From: a virus
IMG/VR virus record: IMGVR_UViG_3300027834_000003
DNA: 43,432 nt
Direction: 5' to 3' (one strand)
The position numbers were made by a program, and so were the translations under genes. The notes beneath the pieces were generated by a model. The model was not told where the DNA came from. It did not search any database and worked only from the letters and a program-made list of their open reading frames with translations. This document shows, piece after piece, positions 34,310-43,300 of this stretch (positions are counted from its first letter, which is position 1; each line of letters begins with the position of its first letter).

Positions 34310-35643
34310 TGTTAGCAAAAAACAAACTTCATAACTACCAACACCGTGCTGTTAATCACATCTTAGATATTCCTAAGTCCGCTTTGTTTTTAGATATGGG
34401 TTTAGGTAAGACAGTCTCAACGCTTACAGCCATAGAGGACCTTATGTATAACAGCTTTGATGTTGGTAAGGTTTTAATCATTGCACCATTGCGTGTATGT
34501 AACACTGTATGGATGCAAGAGGCTAAGAAGTGGGAACACACTCAAGGCTTGACGTTCTCAAATATGGCTGGTGGTAAACAAAAGATGCTTACGGGTTTAC
34601 AACGTAAGGCTGACATTTATATAATCAACAGAGAGAATGTTAAAGCTTTAGTCCTACACTTAGGTAAGAAGTGGGATTTTGATATGGTTGTTATTGATGA
34701 GAGTTCTTCGTTCAAGTCACCATCATCACAACGCTTTAAAGCTCTAAAGAAAATGTTACCTATGATTACTCGTACCGTATTGCTTACTGGTACACCGGCA
34801 TCAAATGGTTACGGTGATTTATACTCACAGTTCTTTTTACTTGATGGTGGGTTTAGATTGGGTAGAACGCAAACGATGTTTAGAACTAGATACTTTGACA
34901 AAGACTTCATGGGTTGGACGTACACGTTGCGTGATGGTGCTGTTAAGATGATACAAGACCAAATACAAGACTTAGTATTATCGATGTCTGCTGAAGACTA
35001 TCTTGAACTGCCTGACTTTATACCCACAGTGTTGGGTAATGAGTTAGAGGGTGAGTTGTTACGCAAATATCTAAAGTTCAAGAACGATATGATATTAGCT
35101 ATTGAAGCTGAAGATGATAAGATTACAGCTATGAGTGCTGCCACTTTAAGTAACAAGCTCTTACAGTTCTGTAGTGGTAACATTTACGATGAGGTTGGTA
35201 CTGTTAGACACATACACGACTTAAAGATAGATACATTAAAGGAGATTATAGATGAGAACCCCAATGATAATATATTGGTCGCCTACAACTATAGACACGA
35301 ATTGGAGGCTTTACAACAAGCTTTCCCTGAAGCGATACTTCTTAGTAAAAGTGGGAAAGAAGTTAAGGAGTGGAACGAGGGTAAAATTAAAATCTTTCTC
35401 GCACATCCAGCTAGTGCCGGACACGGACTCAACTTGCAACACGGAGGAGCACTATTAGTTTGGTACGGATTCACATGGTCGTTAGAATTGTATCAACAGT
35501 TCAACAAAAGGCTACATAGACAAGGACAAACTCAAAAAGTCCGTGCTATGCACATCGCTGTGGGAGATATTGAACACGACCTGATGACAACACTTGCTAA
35601 GAAAGATGTTGTTCAATCTGAATTATTGGAGGTATTGAAATGA
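34309..35643 (+). CDS. SNF2/DEAD-like superfamily-2 helicase
   Basis: 444 aa. Motif I is LDMGLGKT, motif II is VVIDESSSFK, then LTGTP, with C-terminal helicase motifs GLNLQ and HRQGQ. Confidence 0.85.
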   Translation: MLAKNKLHNYQHRAVNHILDIPKSALFLDMGLGKTVSTLTAIEDLMYNSFDVGKVLIIAPLRVCNTVWMQEAKKWEHTQGLTFSNMAGGKQKMLTGLQRKADIYIINRENVKALVLHLGKKWDFDMVVIDESSSFKSPSSQRFKALKKMLPMITRTVLLTGTPASNGYGDLYSQFFLLDGGFRLGRTQTMFRTRYFDKDFMGWTYTLRDGAVKMIQDQIQDLVLSMSAEDYLELPDFIPTVLGNELEGELLRKYLKFKNDMILAIEAEDDKITAMSAATLSNKLLQFCSGNIYDEVGTVRHIHDLKIDTLKEIIDENPNDNILVAYNYRHELEALQQAFPEAILLSKSGKEVKEWNEGKIKIFLAHPASAGHGLNLQHGGALLVWYGFTWSLELYQQFNKRLHRQGQTQKVRAMHIAVGDIEHDLMTTLAKKDVVQSELLEVLK

Positions 35644-35831
35644 TTATATTTTCAGGAGGTATGGATGGGTCAACAGAGGTTAAACCCTTTGAAGAAAAAC
35701 CCATCGAGTATAGGAAATATGGCTCAAAATATATTGAATATTATTGTCAGTTTATTGGGTGGTCTACAGCTTGTTCCTTTGATACACAAGAAGAACGAGA
35801 CAGTTATTTTGAATATCTAACAAAAGATTAA
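35640..35831 (+). CDS. Hypothetical protein
   Basis: 63-aa ORF with an ATGA overlap on the helicase stop. Confidence 0.55.
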   Translation: MIIFSGGMDGSTEVKPFEEKPIEYRKYGSKYIEYYCQFIGWSTACSFDTQEERDSYFEYLTKD

Positions 35832-35860
35832 CTTAAGTTAACTAAAGGTAAAATATAATT

Positions 35861-36136
35861 ATGAAGAAAATCGCAGAGAAAGTTATACAAAAAGAGATAT
35901 TGGATTACTTGAAAGAACAAGGCTACTACGTTATTAAAGTAGTGGTTGCGAATGTTTCCGGTGTACCTGATATTTTATTTTGTAAAGATGGACGTTTCTG
36001 TGCCGTAGAAGTAAAGGCTACTGGTAAGAAGAAACAAGTAACTGAGTTGCAGAAATTACATATAGAAATGATACATGCAAGTGGTGGTAAAGCTATCGTA
36101 GCTGATTGCCTTTGGGATGTTCAAGAGGAGTTTTAA
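35861..36136 (+). CDS. VRR-NUC domain nuclease
   Basis: 91 aa. GVPDILF...AVEVKATGKK...Q gives the PD-(D/E)XK pattern typical of VRR-NUC. It is adjacent to the SNF2 helicase, as in related replication modules. Confidence 0.8.
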   Translation: MKKIAEKVIQKEILDYLKEQGYYVIKVVVANVSGVPDILFCKDGRFCAVEVKATGKKKQVTELQKLHIEMIHASGGKAIVADCLWDVQEEF

Positions 36137-36313
36137 ATGTTAAAAAGATTTTACAAGTGGATGAAAGTTCCACCAACAACAGAGACAATGATTGAAGTAA
36201 CTAAAGATTACTTTGCTATAGGTGATGAGTATATCAATGAAGCTAACGGTTGGGTGATGATAGCTGATGATTTCATAGAGGTAGGAGTTGATAATGAAAA
36301 AAAAGATAGTTGA
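36137..36313 (+). CDS. 58-aa hypothetical ORF
   Basis: The ATG directly follows the VRR-NUC stop. Sequence MLKRFYKWMKVPPTTETMIEV... It is below the ORF-track cutoff. The minus-strand ORF listed here looks like a shadow. Confidence 0.45.
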   Translation: MLKRFYKWMKVPPTTETMIEVTKDYFAIGDEYINEANGWVMIADDFIEVGVDNEKKDS

Positions 36314-36455
36314 GAAACACATAACTGTTGATGAAGAGACTTTTAAAAAGCTCGAACTGATATGTAAGCACGGTGTGAAAACAACAAAACGTGCTGAAGT
36401 TACGGTAATGATTAACAAAAAATTCGAGGAGGTATTTCCAAATGGCTCATTGTAA
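36294..36455 (+). CDS. 53-aa ribbon-helix-helix-like protein
   Basis: MKKKIVEKHITVDEETFKKLELICKHGVKTTKRAEVTVMINKKFEEV shows a beta-strand plus two helices pattern. AGGAG RBS 6 nt upstream. Confidence 0.45.
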   Translation: MKKKIVEKHITVDEETFKKLELICKHGVKTTKRAEVTVMINKKFEEVFPNGSL

Positions 36456-36828
36456 ATATTGTCATGTTTATTATGAAAACACTATGAGGCTTGTTGAACA
36501 CGAGACTGAGTGTTTTTATGCTACCCAACGAGTGTCGTCCATACCTACAGCTGAAGATAAAGCTTTTGAAGTCATAGAGTGTAAGCAGAAAGAGTGTGAG
36601 AAACACCCGTTGCTTAATCCTGATAGTAAACATTATCAAATGATAGGTGGTGTAGAGGCTATAAGTCTTATGGAGTTGATGTTTTCAACTGAAGAGTTGA
36701 TGGCTTGGGCTAAGTTGACTTCTATGAAATATAGATTGCGTATTGGTAATAAGGATAACGTTACCAAAGAGGCTGAAAAGATTAAGACCTATGAAGCTTA
36801 CTACGACTATTTGGAAAGCAAATGTTAG
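36442..36828 (+). CDS. Zinc-finger plus DUF3310-like protein
   Basis: 128 aa. N-terminal CKYCHVYYENTMRLVEHETEC. C-terminal HYQMIGGVEAISLME...KLTSMKYRLRIGNKDN...IKTYEAYYDYL resembles DUF3310. Confidence 0.65.
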   Translation: MAHCKYCHVYYENTMRLVEHETECFYATQRVSSIPTAEDKAFEVIECKQKECEKHPLLNPDSKHYQMIGGVEAISLMELMFSTEELMAWAKLTSMKYRLRIGNKDNVTKEAEKIKTYEAYYDYLESKC

Positions 36829-37025
36829 CCAACGAGTATCTGTATGGTGAAGAGGTTGAGGTTCCTGAGATACCACAAGAGGTTGTAGTACGTAGGTTAG
36901 AGTTGTTGAAAGAACACTTAGCAGAACTGCTTGACCACACATACTACGATAGAGATGCTGCTAGATGTAATGCTGTACTCAAAGCTATTAAGTTTTGGGA
37001 AAACATAAACAAAGAGGGTGAGTAG
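36822..37025 (+). CDS. Hypothetical protein
   Basis: 67-aa ORF overlapping the previous stop. Confidence 0.55.
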   Translation: MLANEYLYGEEVEVPEIPQEVVVRRLELLKEHLAELLDHTYYDRDAARCNAVLKAIKFWENINKEGE

Positions 37026-37388
37026 GTGGGTAGGTATCAGGTGGTTGAACACATCACTTACACGTGTGAAGCAGAGGGTTGTAACAAGGAAAGAACAAGC
37101 TTGTTATCAACGTATAGATGTAATGCTAAACACTACTGTTCTCTTGACTGTAAATTTGAGGCATCTAGGACTAGAACACTAGAAGTCAGTGGTGATTGCA
37201 GTCGCTGTGAAACACCCTTGCTTGACTCAGATTTTTATATGTCAAGTAGCACCATCTCTTCCACTTGTAAGAAGTGTAGGCATGATGCACATGTAAAAAG
37301 TGTTGAAGAAAAGAAACGTAACCAACGAAAGGTTGCTGAAGAATTTAAAGAGTATTGGAGAGTAAATGCCGGATATAGAAAAGATTGA
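37026..37388 (+). CDS. Cys-rich (zinc-ribbon-like) protein
   Basis: 120 aa with a GTG start. Cys clusters are CEAEGC...C...HYCSLDC and CSRC...CKKC. Confidence 0.55.
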   Translation: MGRYQVVEHITYTCEAEGCNKERTSLLSTYRCNAKHYCSLDCKFEASRTRTLEVSGDCSRCETPLLDSDFYMSSSTISSTCKKCRHDAHVKSVEEKKRNQRKVAEEFKEYWRVNAGYRKD

Positions 37389-37518
37389 AATAAAACAAGA
37401 TACGTTATCAGATTATTGGGTGGTTAGCATCAATGGTGGTGAACCTATGATGAAAGCTAAGACAAAATATAAGTTACTTAAAAACTTATTGGGATATGTG
37501 AAAGGTCAGGAGACATAA
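37366..37518 (+). CDS. 50-aa hypothetical ORF
   Basis: MPDIEKIEIKQDTLSDYWVVSINGGEPMMKAKTKYKLLKNLLGYVKGQET. Its stop overlaps the dUTPase ATG (TAATG). Confidence 0.4.
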   Translation: MPDIEKIEIKQDTLSDYWVVSINGGEPMMKAKTKYKLLKNLLGYVKGQET

Positions 37519-38045
37519 TGTTTAAAATATTCAAAGATGGTCAACTGCCAACAAGAGGTACAAAGTATTCTGCTTGTGTAGATTTATATGCAAGAGAAGA
37601 TATTGTTATTGGTGCTGGTGAGACTAAGCTGATTCCACTTGGGGTTTGTATTGATTTGGAAAAATGGCTTAATAGAAATATCATCCTCAGTGATGAGCAA
37701 GTGGACATCTATATGAGGTCACACTATCTACAGCTAATGCTTAGAAGCTCGTTGTCTAAAGCACTCATCATTGCTAATGGTATCGGTGTGATTGATATGG
37801 ACTATGAGGGTGAGATTATGATTAGAGTGCATAATCCAGTTAAGACTTTTCAGAAAGTTAATTTGATGCTAAATGATAATCAAGGACACAATGAAGTTCA
37901 GTTTATTCAGAATACTGTTGTGATTGAAAAAGGTGATAGCGTTGCACAGATAACTTTATTGGAACACAAGTCGTATCTGTTTGGTATAGATACAGAAGAT
38001 GAAAGAACTGGTGGCTTTGGGTCAACAGATAAAAAGGATAAGTAA
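37518..38045 (+). CDS. dut: Trimeric-type dUTPase with two internal insertions
   Basis: 175 aa. Motif 1 is SACVDLYA, motif 2 is LRSS, motif 3 is GVIDMDYEGE, motif 4 is VAQI, motif 5 is RTGGFGST. Confidence 0.85.
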   Translation: MFKIFKDGQLPTRGTKYSACVDLYAREDIVIGAGETKLIPLGVCIDLEKWLNRNIILSDEQVDIYMRSHYLQLMLRSSLSKALIIANGIGVIDMDYEGEIMIRVHNPVKTFQKVNLMLNDNQGHNEVQFIQNTVVIEKGDSVAQITLLEHKSYLFGIDTEDERTGGFGSTDKKDK

Positions 38046-38392
38046 TGGCACATATACACATAGAGTTTAACGATAAAGGTCAAGCTGAGTTTGACATAAA
38101 GACTGACAACGATAGTCAAATATTTACAGCACTGTTAGGCATAGAGGCTTACATAGGTGCTAAGAGTGAGTTGCCAGTATCTGAAATACGTTCTATTATG
38201 GACGAGATGAAGAACGATTTGCAAGTAAAGGGTGTTGAACCGGTTGAGGATAACTTAGAACTGATGAATCGAATACACGCTGATAAGGATTTCAAAAATA
38301 GCAAGTTTCATAGCTACACATCCAATGATGTCGCTGCTGATTATCGAAAATATTTGGAAAGTTTAGAGACGTTGGAAGATTTAGAGTCTTAA
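38045..38392 (+). CDS. Acidic hypothetical protein, the last gene of the plus arm
   Basis: 115-aa ORF with an AAGGAT RBS. Its stop codon overlaps the terminase stop codon on the other strand. Confidence 0.6.
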   Translation: MAHIHIEFNDKGQAEFDIKTDNDSQIFTALLGIEAYIGAKSELPVSEIRSIMDEMKNDLQVKGVEPVEDNLELMNRIHADKDFKNSKFHSYTSNDVAADYRKYLESLETLEDLES

Positions 38393-40122
38393 AACACATC
38401 ACCATAGTTGTTAGTACCAGCCTCGTACTGACCAAAGGTGTTAAGGACAAAATCTAAATTGTCCTTACCCTCATCTTCTTTATACTGCTCCATTCCGAAC
38501 TCCTCATCATCACTCATGTGCTCAATCATATAAATAACACCATTAGCTAGACTATCCAATCTGTCATCTGCTCTTAATGAGTCACGCTCTTTAGTAATCT
38601 TACTGAACTGATACGTGAAACTATTTATAGCTGGTGCATTTTTATCTTTATCTAAAGTGTCTTTATCGATAATTAACTTATGCTGATTAACTAAAGGCTC
38701 AAGATTTTCGATGATACGAATTTCTTTCTGACCCTTAACATTCACCTCAACAAGTTTAGTCTTAGGGCTTATCATTCTTAAGTGAGGCTCAAGCATCTTC
38801 GTGAACATTCCCCCACCCCAATTTTCCTCAATTAACAATTCATCAATCCCATGTATCTTACAAAGCGTTGCAATATTAATCATATTCTCATCTTCGTAAC
38901 CACCCTGAAGACCTGTAATCTTTTTCAAAAACAATCTAGTATTAAGTGAGAAGATTAAAGATATACCTATCTCATCTTTACCTTTACCCGATGGGTCAAG
39001 TGACATCAGCTTCATCTCATAAGGTGCGACTTCTTCAGACACATGTGATGGTGAGTAAAGTTTATCTGCTTTAAACCCATTGTGCTTGATGTATAGGTTA
39101 TTCTCAGGCATAGATGAGTGAGACACTTTTAATGGTGCAACATCATTATCTATATCCATCACGATTAAGTCAGACAGTTTCAGAGGATAACGCAAGTCAT
39201 CTGCATCTGATACGTCTAGCATATATTGTAGTTTATATTTAGACTTACCAATACGCATCTTCTTAGACATCAAGAACTCTTTATCAAGCCTCTCATCTAC
39301 AGCCATACCAATAAGACCCTCAGCCATCATCTCTACAATGTGGGGAGCTAGGCTACCGAAGTAAGCACTATCATCTTCAGGTACTTCAGCCGGTAATGCT
39401 AATAGTTTATATCCAGCATCTAACCAGCCTACATACATCGATGACATAGAGTGTGGTGTTGATAGACATATAGACTCATCTTTACCTGACATCAAAAGAT
39501 TCTGCGCCTCTTTAGCAAAGGTATCTATCTTATCCATCATCGTCATTGACTCAACAGTTTGTGCTGTCTCAATATCGTCATAGATAACAAGACTTGCTCT
39601 CATACCCGTAACTTGATTACCAGCACCAACAGCGTACATACTTGGACTATCTGAAGCAGTGGAACCAGCGACATCAAACGATTGCCCTGAAGTCCTCTCA
39701 ACATTGTGTCTAGGTGTCATATCTTTAGTTACTGGAAGCATCTTGATTAACTTCTGTACGAACTGAGTGTAGTTAATGGCTCTAGCAGCACCGGCAGACA
39801 TCACGAGTATCTTTTCATTAGGGTCATTGAGATATCGCCATACAGCGTAAATTTGAGACGCTAAGGACTTACCTAGACCACGAGAAGCCCAAACCATTCT
39901 GTGAGGATTACTCGAGTCTTGTAACCATAATGCAATAGCATATTGACCTTTAGTTGGTCGAGGTAGGTTTAACCATGCAAAGACGTAGGTAAAGAACACA
40001 ATGAAGTTGTCCATAAGTTCCGCATCTTCAAAATACTTATCGTCCTCGTAGTGCTCACCCCAATCACAATTAGTAAAATACTCAACGGTTTCTTCAGGGG
40101 ATAGTTTACAAAAGTCAATCAA
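38389..40122 (-). CDS. terL: Terminase large subunit (T7 gp19-like)
   Basis: 577 aa. Walker A-like SRGLGKS, Walker B LVIYDDIE, nuclease-domain LDPSGKGKDE. The apparent start is a TTG overlapping the upstream stop (TTGA), with GAGGA 10 nt upstream. Confidence 0.88.
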   Translation of the reverse strand: MIDFCKLSPEETVEYFTNCDWGEHYEDDKYFEDAELMDNFIVFFTYVFAWLNLPRPTKGQYAIALWLQDSSNPHRMVWASRGLGKSLASQIYAVWRYLNDPNEKILVMSAGAARAINYTQFVQKLIKMLPVTKDMTPRHNVERTSGQSFDVAGSTASDSPSMYAVGAGNQVTGMRASLVIYDDIETAQTVESMTMMDKIDTFAKEAQNLLMSGKDESICLSTPHSMSSMYVGWLDAGYKLLALPAEVPEDDSAYFGSLAPHIVEMMAEGLIGMAVDERLDKEFLMSKKMRIGKSKYKLQYMLDVSDADDLRYPLKLSDLIVMDIDNDVAPLKVSHSSMPENNLYIKHNGFKADKLYSPSHVSEEVAPYEMKLMSLDPSGKGKDEIGISLIFSLNTRLFLKKITGLQGGYEDENMINIATLCKIHGIDELLIEENWGGGMFTKMLEPHLRMISPKTKLVEVNVKGQKEIRIIENLEPLVNQHKLIIDKDTLDKDKNAPAINSFTYQFSKITKERDSLRADDRLDSLANGVIYMIEHMSDDEEFGMEQYKEDEGKDNLDFVLNTFGQYEAGTNNYGDVF

Positions 40123-40364
40123 AACTCATCCTCGTCTTCATCAGCTGTTTTGCCGTTACGTCTCTCTTTAGCATCTTTCAATTTTTTAGCTGTATTGTCT
40201 TCTACCGAACTCTTACTCTTTTCAGATACAACATTGTTCTTAGCTAGATAAGATACAACTGGGTTGAGTTCAGGGAGTAAATCTGTCTTACCACTCGTTA
40301 AACAGCTTATCATCTTTGTTCTAACCAGCCTATCAATTTCTTCTAAATCTTCTTTCTTACCCAT
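40119..40364 (-). CDS. Putative terminase small subunit, assigned by position
   Basis: 81-aa ORF immediately upstream of terL and coupled to it. AGGAGG RBS and an acidic C-terminus. No motif evidence. Confidence 0.4.
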   Translation of the reverse strand: MGKKEDLEEIDRLVRTKMISCLTSGKTDLLPELNPVVSYLAKNNVVSEKSKSSVEDNTAKKLKDAKERRNGKTADEDEDEF

Positions 40365-40379
40365 AATAAGTCCTCCTAC

Positions 40380-43300
40380 CTACTTAGTATAATTATATAA
40401 GTCTATGACTTCACTTACCTCACCCATAGTTTTTGTTGTCGGTGAGTGTAATAAACCCATCGCTGTACCATACACACCACTCATCGGCATATTCATAAAT
40501 CCAGCATACATCAATGACACATCATCTTGCTCTCTACCATTGATTTCATTTCTAATCATTGATTGTACCATACCAGCCTGAAACCACATCATAGCTTGAG
40601 TCATTGCAAAAGTATCACCTTGCAACATACCTCTACCCATAAAAGAACCTATATTAGAATAGGCTGTCATAGGGAACTTCAACATAGGCATCAATGCAAC
40701 ACCAATAGCTGAATGTCTTGAGAACGCTGAAGCTGTACCCATTGTAGCTTTATTCATTCTCTTCATCATAATTCTATCTACAACAGACTTAAATTCTATT
40801 TGGTCTTTCAAGTTCCATTTAGTATAATCAAAGAACGCAACATGACCTTTCTCATTCAATGTCAACGCTCCTTTAAGTTTATTCTCCATGTGCTTACTGA
40901 TACCAAAAGCTTTAATCTCGTAGTCTTTAAAAGTAATCTTACCATCAAAGTGACCCTTTAATGTGTCAAGAGTATCTTGTAGATTCAATCTCTCTAGCAA
41001 GTCAGAAGAACGAACAAACGGTAACGTATGTAATGTGAAATCTCTCCATATCTCAGTAACTTTACCAACACCCTCAATACTGCTTTCAATATTACCAAAC
41101 TCATCAAAAGTTCTAAACTGTCCGTATGTAGCTCCATATTGGTGCATACCGTATCCAAAGCCATCTTCTTGTGAAACTATTGAGTGAAGAGCGAAACTGT
41201 CATCACCTAAAGTATTTCTAGCTTTACCGGTAACAGTCTTAGCCATACCCATCACACCTGAAGAACGTACCATATTAGCTAAAGCTACAGCACCCTCAGA
41301 CATAAGTGAAATGGTTGATAAAAGCATACCTCTACCAATCGCCGCATTAGCTATATTTTTAGCTACGATATTTGCTGTTTGTGAGTAGTCTATGCTTGAC
41401 ACACCCACTGTAGCCATAATATCTTTAGACAATGTGTTTTTATAAGATGGGTCTATCTTAGACGAGTTCACAACACCAAGTAAGTCATCGACACTTGAAT
41501 ATCCTTTATGTGCCATAGCAATGTGACCTGAAGCACTGTTAAACAATGATGACGATGCAGACATAATATCCGAATTAAATATATCATCATATCCTATTGA
41601 TGCTGTAGTACCATCCCCGTACTTAACTTCAACATTACCAAACTTACTATAGTCCATATCTATTCTAGCTTTAGTTCTACCATACTGACCTGAAGTTGTA
41701 GAGATAATATCTTCTATCATATCGTCAGCTAACCCTTTAGCTTTCAATTCTTTAATTAAAGACTGTCTAGCATCTTTAGTGAACGTCTTACCAGCATCGG
41801 AAGTATTAATAATTGCATTTATATACACCCTCGCAACCTCTTCAGCATCCTTAGTTTTTGTTAACATATTAGAAAATGACTTTACCACCAACTCAAAACT
41901 TTCATCGGTGATGTTAGCCATCTTATTAGAAAAGCCAATCGAGTCAACAACTCTAGGTACATGATATTTACCAGTGGTTTTCACCATTTTATCAGCACCC
42001 TTAACACCAGCATCTATTGTCTTATCAAAGATACTCTTGTAATACCTTTGCGTTATATTAGCGGCGGAAGCTAAATGCACGTTGTCCTGATGTTTACCTA
42101 ACTCCATAAATTCAAATAACTCTTTGTTGAATTTAACTCTAAAACTCATTGAGTTAAATATACCACCAAGTTCATCAACCTTAGTTACCTTACCATCTTT
42201 CAACCATTCTTTATATATTGGTTGAATTTCTTTGTTCATACCTAAGAAATGTGTATCTTTAATCTGTCTCTTTATTGTTTCTATTGTTGAACCAATAGCA
42301 TCAAGAGGATTGTAGTACAAGTCTCCAACTATCTTTCTCATCTCTTTATTTTGTATATTTCTATACATCGGCTCAACTGTCTCAGTCAATGTTGTTCTAG
42401 TCTTCATCATAGTATCACCAATACGTGCACGTATTGACCTAGTGTTATCAGAGTTACGCATATCACTAACTATTGATGAGGCTTTTTGATACAGTGTTGA
42501 CCCATTAGCAGATTTCATTGCATTAATAGCTTTAACACCAAGTATTCCAGCAACTATCATTGCTCCAACACCTACAGCAACATCACCACTATCGGCAGCA
42601 GATACAACAGTTGTAGCTAATGCACTAGCACCAACCACTTTAGCCACTTTACCATTGATTTTAATCTTAGCACCCTTACCATTTTTTGTAGGAGTTATTT
42701 CAATTTTTGGATGAGCAAAACCCTCACCAGCTCCTTTTTTAAAAGATGCTTCGATTTGACCCATTGATGATTTAGAGATGTGACCCTCTTTATGCAATGC
42801 TCTGTAAACTTCAACAATGTCTTCAACTAAAGCTCTATCACCACCTTTACCAAGAGCTTCAACAGATTTCTTAACATCAGCTATTTCCATTTCTATCTTA
42901 GCACCTATAGCTTCAACATCGGTAATCGTCTCATTAATCAATCTTAACGCATCTGAAGACAAAGCAGATTTAGATGGGCTTTTAACTATCTTCTGTAAGT
43001 TTTTAAAACCAGTGTTCATAGCCAGTTTCATTCTTGATTCTATAAGGCTCTTTGTGTACGCTTGTGCTTGAGGTGTTAACGTCTTAGGTGCTTTTGGTTT
43101 CACTCCAATATCATCGTATGATTTTATTTGCTTCTCTAAATTATCTATCTTTTTTGACATAGCAATATGCTCGTCACTACCTTTAGCTAGATTTTCTAAC
43201 TCATCTTCTAGGTCTATCTTACGACCCATAACCTCGTTTCGTTCCACCTTAACTCTCTCGACCTTAAGACCCTCATCTATCTGTGCTCTAAGCTCGTCTT

